DNA from: a virus | Taxonomy: Duplodnaviria; Caudoviricetes | IMG/VR virus record: IMGVR_UViG_3300036859_000155 | Location: 1-41,268 of that record | Length of the DNA: 41,268 bases | Reading direction: 5' to 3' (one strand) | Shown here: positions 24,620-34,008 of the stretch, one piece after another | Position numbering within the stretch: position 1 is the first letter of the stretch | Layout: the number at the start of each line of letters is the position of its first letter | Notes under the pieces: model-generated | The model's database searches: none | The model's input: the letters and a program-made list of their open reading frames with translations, nothing else | Told to the model about the DNA's origin: nothing | Position numbers and translations under genes: made by a program

Positions 24620-26667
24620 GCAACCTGATCCCGGCCGCTGTCGAGTTGAACGGAGTTCTCTATCCGGTGCTGGACCGCACCGACCTGGAGGACTCTCTCC
24701 CCTATTCCTGGCGTCCATACCAGGAGAAAGTCGAGCCTGCGGTTGTTCAACAGGCGGAACTCGCGGGTTCCTCTCGTCCTGCCAGGGGTCCACGCCCCGA
24801 CATCCTGGAGTGGCGCTGGGACAGTTGGGCAGGTGGAGAGGGCCAGAAGTTCATTGACTCCCGCGAGGATGACTCATTCGACCAGTATTACTACTCCACT
24901 ACGGGGGGTGTGGACGTTCGCACCAAAGGACAGGTGACGCTCGGGGTCCAGATGACGGACGATGTTGCGGGGTTGAGCACGGTGACGCATGGTCCCTTCC
25001 TGGCGGTGACGAATGGATACCTGTGTGCGGTGGCTTCTGATCGGGACCAGGCCGCTACTCCTGGCGCTAGCGCGCAGCGCAGCCGCCGCAAGAACCTCTC
25101 AACCGGAGTCTGGAGCGCGCTGACCACTGGTGCCGCCGCCGAAGCGGAACCCACCGGCAAGGTTGTCACGATGGGCACATTCCTCTATGTCGCCCACCGT
25201 TCGGTGGCGACTATCCGTCGTGTGGATCCCAACGCAAACACCAACGTCAACTTCGTGGCGAACACCGGAGAGAGCCCCAACGCCACCGACTCGAAACTGT
25301 TCTTCATTCAGGACATCTCCACTGGCAACGGAGGCAAGCTCGATCTTCGTACCGTGGCTCTCCTCCAGGCTGCCTTCCCCGCTGCTACGGTTACAAGCCG
25401 CTTCGGTATCGAGGGGATCGGCCTCTCGGTGGGTGCCGATGCGCTGGGCAAGAGAGTGGCGGTTGTTACCCAGGCGGTAGACGAGGAGCCTCGCGTCCAA
25501 CTGTGGGACGGTTCGGCCGGAGCCGAGCGCGAGCGCCTCCCCGTGGGCTTCCGGATGGAATCGGGGACGCTCAGCGCCGCGGGAATTTCGAAGGGTGACG
25601 GTCCCTTCCCGGCCGTCATCTACTTTGCCAACCTCCTGTGGTGCGTAGGCTGGCGGGATGGTAGTGGTGCTTCCCTCCCCAAGGTTCCCATGATTGCCGT
25701 GGTGACGGGACAGAACTCCGGACGCAGCGGTACGGTTGGACTCATTCGTGATGGCGTCTACGCCGCCGACACAAAGGGAGTCTGCCTGGCCGATGGTTTC
25801 CGCAACCAACTTCTGATCGGCACCGATAGCGGAGACGCCTTCATCTACGACATCCAGAACGCGGGGATCAGTCAACTCTTCAGCGGGGTGCCTTCCACCG
25901 AAGAGATTCGCAGTATGGTCTATACGCAGGGGAAGTATTTCTTCGGCGTGCGGGTCAAGGGGTCGCTCTCGCAGAATGGCAAGGTCTACTCCTCCATGCT
26001 CTCCGGGGCTAATCGCTACCCTGCTACCGCCACGCTGATCGGTTCCACCTGGGACTTCAACTACCCAGGCGTGCGAAAGCTCATCACGGAACTAGAGATT
26101 CAAACTGCCCCTCTGCCCGCAGGGACCACCGTGACATTGAAAATCATTCTCAACGACGAGACCACGATCACTACGGACAAGGACGCCGTGGCGCTGACCC
26201 ATAGCGGTACCGGCGCAACACGAACCGTGTTCAAGATCAGTGGGCTCAACGGTGCTGGCGCAAGCATCGCCCGAGACGGGCGCATCGCTCGTATCGAGAT
26301 GACCCTGAACGCTGATGGAACTGGAGCCAACACTCCCACCGTGTTTGGCGTCTACCTCCGGGCACTCGCCAAGCAGTTTGTTCAGTTCTTCGAGTTCACC
26401 GCTCGGCTGGAAGATGATGCTCCCGGTACCTACACATTCGGCGGCGGCGCTACGACCGGACTCCAGAAGGCAAACAACCTCCGCACCCTGCGGGACAACG
26501 ACCTCGCCCCTCCGGTGAACTTCATTCCGCACTACCGCGCGGGGGAGGGTTACATGATGCCCGAGACGGACGCCCCCCAGTTCACCGTCATCCTGGAAGA
26601 GGCTGACATAGTCTTGACGCGCAAGGGTAATGGCTTTGCGCGCGTGCTGGTTCGGAGGATGCCGTGA
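24616..26667 (+). CDS. Tail nozzle/tubular protein B-like (beta-propeller)
   Basis: 683 aa beta-rich; WxGGxGQ...GVDV...GQVTL N-terminus typical of podovirus-type tail proteins. Confidence 0.6.
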   Translation: MSNLIPAAVELNGVLYPVLDRTDLEDSLPYSWRPYQEKVEPAVVQQAELAGSSRPARGPRPDILEWRWDSWAGGEGQKFIDSREDDSFDQYYYSTTGGVDVRTKGQVTLGVQMTDDVAGLSTVTHGPFLAVTNGYLCAVASDRDQAATPGASAQRSRRKNLSTGVWSALTTGAAAEAEPTGKVVTMGTFLYVAHRSVATIRRVDPNANTNVNFVANTGESPNATDSKLFFIQDISTGNGGKLDLRTVALLQAAFPAATVTSRFGIEGIGLSVGADALGKRVAVVTQAVDEEPRVQLWDGSAGAERERLPVGFRMESGTLSAAGISKGDGPFPAVIYFANLLWCVGWRDGSGASLPKVPMIAVVTGQNSGRSGTVGLIRDGVYAADTKGVCLADGFRNQLLIGTDSGDAFIYDIQNAGISQLFSGVPSTEEIRSMVYTQGKYFFGVRVKGSLSQNGKVYSSMLSGANRYPATATLIGSTWDFNYPGVRKLITELEIQTAPLPAGTTVTLKIILNDETTITTDKDAVALTHSGTGATRTVFKISGLNGAGASIARDGRIARIEMTLNADGTGANTPTVFGVYLRALAKQFVQFFEFTARLEDDAPGTYTFGGGATTGLQKANNLRTLRDNDLAPPVNFIPHYRAGEGYMMPETDAPQFTVILEEADIVLTRKGNGFARVLVRRMP

Positions 26668-27851
26668 TTCCTACCCTCGACAATGCTGTCGGCCCGGACC
26701 AGGAGTGGGGCGAGGAACAAAATCCTCTACTCACCCGAGATTGGGGCAAGGTCAACCGTGCCTTTCCTAGCGACGAGGATATTGTTCAGAACTTTGCGCC
26801 CTCCGGCCAGTCCTTCTTCGACGCGATCATCCCCGATGATTTTGCCAGTGTTAGTGCTGCTGTCACGGCTCTCGCTCCCACCCTCGGCCGCACGATCACT
26901 ATTGGGATCAGGCCAGGGCAAAACACCACCGAATCGGCCATAACCTTCACGCAGGGTGTGGTCTTGGTCGCCCTGACCCATCTGAACGACTCGCTCCCTG
27001 GAGGGGCTCCCGTGATTGGGTCTAATGCCCCGGTATGGACGGGTGGTCTTACGCTGGATTTCGTGGGATACGGAGTCCAGGTTCTCGCCACTCTTTCTTC
27101 TTGGGAAACCGTTTCTATCATTAACGGCCAAGTACGCCTGGGTGCAGGAACAACATCGAATCTGCGAGCATACGACTCACAGGTCATCTGTACTCAGTCG
27201 GCTATCGCCGCCAACCGAACCAAAATTGACATCACCTGTCTCTTGGTCGGCAGTGATATGTCTACGAACCCCGGCGGGGCGGGCACGTTTACCGATATTG
27301 CGGAATGGTATGCGGTAGATTCCACCATAAGTGGGCGCTATGAGATGGCTGATCCAACGGTAAACACAAACAAATGGCTTTTTGCTAATTGTGTTTTCAA
27401 AAATAGCCCCGTATTTCAGGGCGGTACTGTGTCGGCAAGTACGCAAGCCCACCGAATCAACATCCGTGGATGCTCATGGAACGGCACTCTCCTCTTGGAC
27501 TTTTGGGACGAAATCACTATCAGCGGTTGCGTACTCAATCAGCCCCTCGGCACGACAGCACTGATCTCAATTCCGAGCATCACCACCGATGCGGGTGGTC
27601 GCAGGTGTATCATCATCGAGAATAACATCTTGGTCAGCAGTACCACGACACTCAATATCAACGCGGCAGGAATTCAGTCTGTCATCTGCCGGGGAAACCG
27701 CTTCTCCGGTACGGGAACTCTGACTATCTCGATCCATACCACCACGGGCTCCATCATCTTCGCCGACAATATCATTAACACCACGACCGCTGCGGCACTT
27801 ACCGCAGGACGCATCGTCCAGCATGACAACATCTACGGAGCGACAGGATGA
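26664..27851 (+). CDS. Tail spike, right-handed beta-helix-like
   Basis: Repeating IIENN/ICRGNRF/FADNII strands after SVSAAVTAL...IRPG. Confidence 0.65.
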   Translation: MIPTLDNAVGPDQEWGEEQNPLLTRDWGKVNRAFPSDEDIVQNFAPSGQSFFDAIIPDDFASVSAAVTALAPTLGRTITIGIRPGQNTTESAITFTQGVVLVALTHLNDSLPGGAPVIGSNAPVWTGGLTLDFVGYGVQVLATLSSWETVSIINGQVRLGAGTTSNLRAYDSQVICTQSAIAANRTKIDITCLLVGSDMSTNPGGAGTFTDIAEWYAVDSTISGRYEMADPTVNTNKWLFANCVFKNSPVFQGGTVSASTQAHRINIRGCSWNGTLLLDFWDEITISGCVLNQPLGTTALISIPSITTDAGGRRCIIIENNILVSSTTTLNINAAGIQSVICRGNRFSGTGTLTISIHTTTGSIIFADNIINTTTAAALTAGRIVQHDNIYGATG

Positions 27852-28162
27852 ACGTATGGCATGTTGAGAAGAAGACGGCGGCGTTCACCGCCAATGCCGC
27901 CACGGTCTACGTCTGTGATGCCACGGCTGCTGCCTTTGCTGCTACGCTGCCCCCAGTGACAGCGGCGATGGTGGGATCGGTCTTCTTCTTCAAGAAGATT
28001 GACGCCAGCGCCAATGCCGTGACGGTGACGGCTGACGCCACAGGTACTGCTGACCTGATCGACGGAGCCGCGACCGCTGTTCTCGCAGCACAGTACGATG
28101 CTGTAATCATGGTTGCGACAGAAGTAGATAAATGGTCAATCTTCCAGTTCGGTAGCCCATGA
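27848..28162 (+). CDS. Tail fibre/baseplate-associated small protein
   Basis: CDAT..AFAATLP...KKIDASANAVTV...IDG motif typical of phage fibre domains. Confidence 0.65.
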   Translation: MNVWHVEKKTAAFTANAATVYVCDATAAAFAATLPPVTAAMVGSVFFFKKIDASANAVTVTADATGTADLIDGAATAVLAAQYDAVIMVATEVDKWSIFQFGSP

Positions 28163-28581
28163 GGTACTTGGTTGTGGCGCTGGTGGCCGTCGCGGCCTTG
28201 ACCTTCACGGGCGAAAATAGTTCCTACGTGCCCAACAAGTATGAATGGTACACGGCGGGACAGGTGGAGGGTTCACGCTTGGGAGCGGGCCGAGCGCCCC
28301 TGTCCTTCAACGCCGCAGCCTCTTACTGTGCCCATCTCCATGCTCAGGAGATGGCGAACCGGGGCTACATCTACCACTCAGCGGCTGGGTTCTGCGCGCC
28401 TGGAGCGAGATACTGGGGTGAGAACGTGGGGGTTGGTCCCTACCTGGCCGCGATTCACCGGGCGTTCCTGTCTTCCGCCGCGCACAGGTATAATGTCTTG
28501 TGTTCCTGTTTCCGTAGGATCGGAACAGGGGTGGTATACAAGAACGGCACCTATTGGGTATCGGAGATTTTCTATGGCTGA
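28159..28581 (+). CDS. Secreted CAP/SCP-domain protein
   Basis: Signal peptide; HAQEMA...YHS, WGENV, SAAHRYNVL, IGTGV. Confidence 0.88.
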   Translation: MRYLVVALVAVAALTFTGENSSYVPNKYEWYTAGQVEGSRLGAGRAPLSFNAAASYCAHLHAQEMANRGYIYHSAAGFCAPGARYWGENVGVGPYLAAIHRAFLSSAAHRYNVLCSCFRRIGTGVVYKNGTYWVSEIFYG

Positions 28582-28780
28582 GGAAATGAGAGCGGATCGC
28601 CTGACTGCTGTCGAAACTCAGGTGATAGGGCTTGTGGCCGATGTCGCCGAGGTCAAAGCCGACGTGAGATACCTTCGTGACACCCTAGTTCGCCGTCCCT
28701 CCTGGCCGATGGTGGCCTTTATTACGCTGTCCACGAGTTTCAATGTGGGCCTCGTTGTGGCGCTATTCAATCACCTATAG
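28574..28780 (+). CDS. Coiled-coil plus C-terminal TM protein (XhlA/holin-like)
   Basis: Start reassigned to MAEEMRADRLTAVE. Confidence 0.6.
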   Translation: MAEEMRADRLTAVETQVIGLVADVAEVKADVRYLRDTLVRRPSWPMVAFITLSTSFNVGLVVALFNHL

Positions 28781-28810
28781 TTGACAGTCGCAATCGGAAG
28801 CGAGTAGTCT
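28781..28810 (+). promoter_or_regulatory. Promoter for DNA-metabolism module (leaderless)
   Basis: TTGACA-18nt-TAGTCT, GTG start 6 nt later. Confidence 0.7.
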
Positions 28811-28816
28811 AACTTC

Positions 28817-29587
28817 GTGAGCCAAGCCGAGTCGGTTATTTCTCTCTTTGAGCAGGCTCTTTTCCTAGATCGAGAACTTCAGCAGCGCGCTCGCGCTGAG
28901 GAGAAGGGCACCACGCTCAAAACCAATCCCTACGTCACCGACGCTGGAAGTAAGTGCCCTCGCAAGACCTGGTACACCCTCCGCAACTACCCCGTCACCG
29001 ATCCCCCCACCGCAGACTCCCTTGCTAACTTTCTTTTGGGTAAGGCAGCCGAAGAGGCGTTCGCCAAAATACTAGAGCAGATGGGTGTCCGGGTTGTCCG
29101 AGAAGTTCGAGTTGCCCTGCCCTGTGCGGCACCGGACGGAGAGATGCTGGATGTGACCGGGCGCCTGGACTTCCTTCTCTATTTCGAGAACGGGGAATCC
29201 CCTGTCTTGATCGAGATGAAGACTACCAGCCGCCTTGCCATGAAGCTCCACGGCTACAAGCCCTACGATGACCACGTATCTCAACTGAACCTGTATCTAC
29301 ATGCCTCCCAGGAGGGCCTCATTTCGAATCTCCCGCCCGTTCAGGCCGGGGTGGTCTTCTATTACATCAAGGACGCCTCAAAGCGGCAGAGGGCATTCTA
29401 CGCATTCGACGTACCCTATGATCCCGCTCGCGCACTGGACGACCTAGCGCTCCTGGTGAACCTGGATGGCTGGGCTCGCCTGGACCCCTCGCCGCCAGAG
29501 CGTCCCGCAGGATTCAACCCGGAGAAATTCCCGTGTAGCTACTGCGATTTCAGGACGGAATGTTGGGGTGCTAGAAGTGGAACTTGA
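28817..29587 (+). CDS. Cas4-like PD-(D/E)xK exonuclease
   Basis: CPRK, GRLD...IEMKT, QLNLY, CSYCDFRTEC Fe-S cysteines. Confidence 0.88.
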   Translation: MSQAESVISLFEQALFLDRELQQRARAEEKGTTLKTNPYVTDAGSKCPRKTWYTLRNYPVTDPPTADSLANFLLGKAAEEAFAKILEQMGVRVVREVRVALPCAAPDGEMLDVTGRLDFLLYFENGESPVLIEMKTTSRLAMKLHGYKPYDDHVSQLNLYLHASQEGLISNLPPVQAGVVFYYIKDASKRQRAFYAFDVPYDPARALDDLALLVNLDGWARLDPSPPERPAGFNPEKFPCSYCDFRTECWGARSGT

Positions 29588-29732
29588 CAACGAGATAGTC
29601 TTTCCTGTACCCTTCTGGCTACTTGTGGAGGAGCCCGACGAGTATATCGCCCGCGCCATATTCCAAGCAGAAGAGAAGTTGGGCGCGGAGCACTGCTACC
29701 GATGGCTGACACCGATGGAGGGAGTAGCATGA
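29577..29732 (+). CDS. Hypothetical protein
   Basis: GTG start reassigned; ATGA coupling downstream. Confidence 0.45.
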   Translation: MELDNEIVFPVPFWLLVEEPDEYIARAIFQAEEKLGAEHCYRWLTPMEGVA

Positions 29733-30487
29733 GCGACCAGGACGACTCGGACTTCGCCGAACAGGCCGAGAGGGAACCCGATCTTCTGATCGGGACCATC
29801 GAGAAGTGGACCCCTCCGAAGGGCGCAGGACCAGCCAAGTTCGACCTTCGGGTGGACGAAACAGAGGTCATCAAGTGCCAGGTGTGGCCGCGGGAATACA
29901 ACAGCACCGAAGAGAACCCGATCTATGGTGATTGCAAGAACGCCGCGATGGACGGGTTCACCGTGCGGCTGGAGGGACGGGGAGAATGGCAAACCTTCGT
30001 GGCGAAGAAGGGGCCGCGCGCGGGCCGCGAGACAAAGAGTTATCAGTTCACAGTGTGGTCGGTGGGGGCCGAGGGCCTAGACGAAACCTCGACACCGGAC
30101 TTGGGGAAGGCCGGAACGGATACCGACGCCCCGGTCCCCATCAACCAGCCGCTCTCGAAGGCGAAGGAAACGGTGGAGCGCATTCTCAAAGAGCGGCAGT
30201 CCAACCGCCGCTCTTCGGGGAATCCCACCAGGTCTACGAGCGGGGGAAATGGCGGGACGTACCGGGGGCTGAGTCAGGAGGAGTGGGATCGCAAGTCTCT
30301 GGAGAAGAGAACTCAGATCACCGGAGGCCAGGCCGTAAACCTCGCCGCAGAGCTGCTCCTCAAGCGGGACGGGAAACTGGAGGCAGCGGCACTCCTCGAA
30401 AGCGCAGTCGTGATCGGGGAAGTGATCCTGGAGGTTCAGGCGAAGCTTCTGGAATCCGTTTCTGGCTCTACTACGTCAGGAGGATAG
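29729..30487 (+). CDS. Hypothetical protein, possible ssDNA-binding (OB-fold-like N-terminus)
   Basis: Follows exonuclease; beta-rich N-terminus; RBS ggagggag. Confidence 0.5.
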   Translation: MSDQDDSDFAEQAEREPDLLIGTIEKWTPPKGAGPAKFDLRVDETEVIKCQVWPREYNSTEENPIYGDCKNAAMDGFTVRLEGRGEWQTFVAKKGPRAGRETKSYQFTVWSVGAEGLDETSTPDLGKAGTDTDAPVPINQPLSKAKETVERILKERQSNRRSSGNPTRSTSGGNGGTYRGLSQEEWDRKSLEKRTQITGGQAVNLAAELLLKRDGKLEAAALLESAVVIGEVILEVQAKLLESVSGSTTSGG

Positions 30488-30490
30488 ACA

Positions 30491-30709
30491 ATGAGGGCAA
30501 GCCTTCGTTTGGGCGGCTCGGACCCTATCCGACGGCGCCGGAAGCTCGTGAGGCTTGCCAGAAGGTTGTCACGGAATGGTGGTCCGGTGTTCTTCCTTAC
30601 TCCTGGTGGGCAGGGGTATGGGATACTTTTCGACGGGTCGGACCCCCATTGGTTGCTTACCAGTGGTGCTCGGATTGTCCCCACGTTCCACTACGAGCAG
30701 ATCGGCTAG
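30491..30709 (+). CDS. Hypothetical protein
   Basis: RBS aggagg. Confidence 0.55.
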   Translation: MRASLRLGGSDPIRRRRKLVRLARRLSRNGGPVFFLTPGGQGYGILFDGSDPHWLLTSGARIVPTFHYEQIG

Positions 30710-30728
30710 GATACGAGAGGGGTAAAGG

Positions 30729-31460
30729 ATGGGAGCGGTATACCTCGCGGCAGGTCATGGCGGGAACGATCCGGGGTCGTCGGGTAACGGGCTCGTTGAG
30801 AGAGAACTCAACGCCGCAATCGCCCGAGTCGCAGTCCTCGCTCTTCGCCGCTCCGGTGTCAAAACCTACACCGATCTCGACGTAGGGAACCCACCAGCCT
30901 CGGCGACACCGAATCAGGTGTCGGATTCCAAGAAGCATCCCGACGTGGAACTCTATGTTGAGGTTCATCACAACGCCTTTGGCTCACCGGACCCGAGGGG
31001 AATTGAGGTCTACGGTACAGGTACCGGAGTGTCCATGCTTTTTGGTAAAGCGCTACTCGCGGCGCTCTTCACGAAACTCCAGGCACTCGATTCTTCCTTC
31101 CCCTCCAGGGGATACAAGGAAGCAAGGGGTACTCGTGCCGAGTACGCCGTGGTACAGAGTCAGGGTTCCTCTGCGCTGGTGGAGTGTCTCTTCATTACCA
31201 GTTCGCGAGATTCACTTATCGCCAAACGAGCAGACTACGCCGCGCAGGTAGGCGAAACGCTTGCGCGCGCTACGGTGGACTTCGGCAGGGCTAGGGGGTT
31301 CTGGACAAGTCAATACGTCGCCCCCGGCCCCGCACCAACCGACCCCTGCGCGCAGGTGAAGAAAGACCTGACGGCGGAGAAGGCAGCGCACGCCAAGACG
31401 AGAGAGGCCCTCGCTACCGCGAATCAAAAGTTGGCTCAGGTGAGGAGTATCGTCTGTTGA
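30729..31460 (+). CDS. Endolysin, N-acetylmuramoyl-L-alanine amidase (Amidase_3)
   Basis: AGHGGNDPG, ERELN, EVHHNA, LVECLF; C-terminal coiled coil. Confidence 0.92.
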   Translation: MGAVYLAAGHGGNDPGSSGNGLVERELNAAIARVAVLALRRSGVKTYTDLDVGNPPASATPNQVSDSKKHPDVELYVEVHHNAFGSPDPRGIEVYGTGTGVSMLFGKALLAALFTKLQALDSSFPSRGYKEARGTRAEYAVVQSQGSSALVECLFITSSRDSLIAKRADYAAQVGETLARATVDFGRARGFWTSQYVAPGPAPTDPCAQVKKDLTAEKAAHAKTREALATANQKLAQVRSIVC

Positions 31461-31885
31461 TCGACAAGCCCTGGTTGACCAAGCCTGCCCGGATTCCAGG
31501 CATGGCCCCATTCCGCATGATTCTCAGCGACAATCGGAAGGCATCCTATACCACACCCCCCGTTCCTCCGTCCTTCGCTGAGGGTGAGTGCGCCAACGCT
31601 GACAAGAAAGACAGGGAACGCTTCTTCATTCTGAACCAGTTGAACAACAATGAGGAGCCCGAGAAGGTAGCTGAGAATCGAGACTATCTGTGGGCCAAGT
31701 TCTGTAGCAAGTGCCCAATCCAAAAGCCGTGTTTCGAGTGGGGAATGGCCTATGAGGATTGGGGGGTGTGGGCGGGGACCACGGAGTTCGACCGACAGAA
31801 GGCGCGCAAGGACTCGGCGCTGTTAGAGTACGGACGCAACAGACTCGGTGCTGGTTACCAACCTTACAGGCGGAGGAAGGCATGA
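31457..31885 (+). CDS. whiB: WhiB-family transcription factor
   Basis: C...FF...CSKCPIQKPC...GVWAGTT..DR. Confidence 0.88.
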   Translation: MIDKPWLTKPARIPGMAPFRMILSDNRKASYTTPPVPPSFAEGECANADKKDRERFFILNQLNNNEEPEKVAENRDYLWAKFCSKCPIQKPCFEWGMAYEDWGVWAGTTEFDRQKARKDSALLEYGRNRLGAGYQPYRRRKA

Positions 31886-32616
31886 GTCGTGACCGTGACC
31901 GCACGATCTACGTATCAGGCCCTATGAGGGGCTACGACAAGTTCAACTTCCCCGCATTCGATGCTGCGCGCGTCACCCTGGTTCATCTCGGGTGGATTGT
32001 TGTGTCTCCTGCTGACCTAGACCGTGAGGAAGGGTTCGATCCCGACAGGGATAGCGGATATGACTTTGATGTTCAGTCGGCGCTACGTCGGGACTTTGCG
32101 GCTATCGCAGAACGCTGTGGTCATATCGCTTTCCTCCCAGGCTGGGAAAAGTCTACTGGCGCCAACGCCGAGAAGCTTCTCGCAGAAATGACTGGTTGCT
32201 CGCTCTGGATTTACGATCCTGAGTATAGGGAAGAGGGATCACCTACTGCGCTGCGTCCTTTCGGTGACCGGAACAGGGACCAAAAGGAAATCATCACCAA
32301 CCCAGTGACCGGAGGTCAAAAAGAGACACGGCTAGCGCGCACCGATCTGATCCCCGCACGTCCCCTGTGGCTTCTCGCTGAGTTGTATGGTCGCGGAGCA
32401 CGTAAGTATAGTGACCGAAATTGGGAGCGCGGCTATGCCTGGTCACTCTCCTATGGTGCGATGCTGCGCCACGCTCTCCTGTTTTGGACTGGCGAGGAAG
32501 ACGATCCCGAAACAGGCTCACCGCACTTGGCGAGTGTGGCCTGGCACGCTCTGGCACTACTGGAATTCGGAGTGACACATCGCGAGTTGGATGACCGCCC
32601 TCTCACCAGGACGTAA
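31882..32616 (+). CDS. DUF4406 (deoxyribosyltransferase-like) fused to dATP/dGTP diphosphohydrolase (DUF5664)
   Basis: IYVSGPMRG..FNFPAF...LPGWEKSTGA; GARKY..RNWERG...GEEDDPETGSPHLA; start reassigned. Confidence 0.85.
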   Translation: MSRDRDRTIYVSGPMRGYDKFNFPAFDAARVTLVHLGWIVVSPADLDREEGFDPDRDSGYDFDVQSALRRDFAAIAERCGHIAFLPGWEKSTGANAEKLLAEMTGCSLWIYDPEYREEGSPTALRPFGDRNRDQKEIITNPVTGGQKETRLARTDLIPARPLWLLAELYGRGARKYSDRNWERGYAWSLSYGAMLRHALLFWTGEEDDPETGSPHLASVAWHALALLEFGVTHRELDDRPLTRT

Positions 32617-32617
32617 G

Positions 32618-32896
32618 ATGAGCCGAAAGAGAACTGCCCGATACGAGATTATTACCTGGCGCGACGCCTGGAGTGGTTATAACGAACCAACCGAACTAGG
32701 TGATATTCGATTCGGTCATTACCTGGTATCTACTGGTTGGCTTGTGAAGGAAAATCGCGCGGAAGTGATTCTGGCGGCGCAGATCAATTTACACCCTAAT
32801 GATACCCGAATAAGACATGCATTCGGAATCTTAAAGCGCAATATCGTTTCTCGTTGCTCTCGGCAGGTGTGCCTCCCCCGCTACCCCGAGGATTGA
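32618..32896 (+). CDS. Conserved phage hypothetical protein (WxDA...SxG motif)
   Basis: IITWRDAW...STGWL. Confidence 0.6.
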   Translation: MSRKRTARYEIITWRDAWSGYNEPTELGDIRFGHYLVSTGWLVKENRAEVILAAQINLHPNDTRIRHAFGILKRNIVSRCSRQVCLPRYPED

Positions 32897-32898
32897 AA

Positions 32899-33306
32899 AT
32901 GCGAGACGTTAAGGGCAAGGGCCGTAAGGGCGAGCATGAAGTTGCTCGTCTCTTGGGGGGCAAACGTGCTCCTCTCAGCGGCGCCGTCGGCGGAATGGGC
33001 GACGTGGTCATTCCTCTTTCCGGCATCTTTGGCGATTGGATTGTGGAAGTGAAGCGCCGCAAGAAACTTGGTGGTGTCTCCCTCCAAGCAGCGCTGTATC
33101 AAGCCGAGGCTGGGCGTTCCGTCGGCGACCGACGCAAGCCTATGGTGGTGGCGCGCGAGGATCATGGGGAATGGTATGTCTTCTGCCGCGCCGATGATCT
33201 GGTGGGATGGGCTTCCGCGCTTGCCGAAGTGGGCAACGGACAACAGATCAAGACGCTACTCCGACAAGCCTCTTCTATCATGAGGGATGTCAATGACCTC
33301 CTCTGA
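32899..33306 (+). CDS. Holliday junction resolvase-like (Hjc-type PD-(D/E)xK)
   Basis: KGRKGEHEV...GD...VEVKRR. Confidence 0.8.
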   Translation: MRDVKGKGRKGEHEVARLLGGKRAPLSGAVGGMGDVVIPLSGIFGDWIVEVKRRKKLGGVSLQAALYQAEAGRSVGDRRKPMVVAREDHGEWYVFCRADDLVGWASALAEVGNGQQIKTLLRQASSIMRDVNDLL

Positions 33307-33889
33307 AAATTTTTCGGAAATTCCTAGAGTCTGTGCTTGTGGCTGTGGGAAACCGCTGGTCAGCGTGGCGAAGCATCCTACCTGGGGTGGGCGAGACAAA
33401 AAACAACGCTACCTGAAGTACCATTTTCAGCAACAGGCATTCAAGAACGTAGAGAATTGCGGGTCGAGAGGGAAGCCCTGGGCTGGTCAACTAGCTCATC
33501 GCCGGGATGTTCCCGCTGCCCCGGTTCAGGCCGTCTTGAAGCGTAGGGGCTATACCACTCGTTCGCTTGCGAAGGCGCTCGGTGTATCCCCGCGCTGGGG
33601 ATGGGGTCTGCTTTCCCAGGCTACCAAGTTTCGCCCCGAAACAGCGGAACGTTTGCTGCGACTCGCCGCAGGGATGCCTCACTCGCCCACCAAGACACAG
33701 ATCAAGTTGGCCGACCGGGAAGATTGGCGTAGTAAAAAGCGCATGGAGCGAGAGGGAATCTACAGCAGGGTTCGGACGATGACCGAGAAAGAAGAACTTG
33801 CCGCCACACAGCACCTAGCCGACCGCAACCGAATGCGTATCCATATCAAGGCTGTAGCCGATGCTAACAAGCGAGGCCAGAATGGTTGA
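33287..33889 (+). CDS. DNA-binding protein (CxCGCG plus HTH)
   Basis: CACGCG; TTRSLAKALGVS. Confidence 0.65.
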   Translation: MSMTSSENFSEIPRVCACGCGKPLVSVAKHPTWGGRDKKQRYLKYHFQQQAFKNVENCGSRGKPWAGQLAHRRDVPAAPVQAVLKRRGYTTRSLAKALGVSPRWGWGLLSQATKFRPETAERLLRLAAGMPHSPTKTQIKLADREDWRSKKRMEREGIYSRVRTMTEKEELAATQHLADRNRMRIHIKAVADANKRGQNG

Positions 33890-34008
33890 CCTCCGCCCAT
33901 GCCGCGGGTGTAAGATGGTCGCATTCCATCAGATTCTTCACGATGATGGGTCTACATGGGCCTGGTGTCTCCACTGCGGTGATGGCACGCTTGACCAGGA
34001 GTCGGATC

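Noticed and set aside
28817-29587. Cas4-like gene as part of a CRISPR system
   Set aside because: No repeat-spacer array or other cas genes seen; stand-alone Cas4-like nucleases are common in phage recombination modules.
31882-32616. Z-base (2-aminoadenine) genome
   Set aside because: No PurZ, DatZ or DNA polymerase recognisable.
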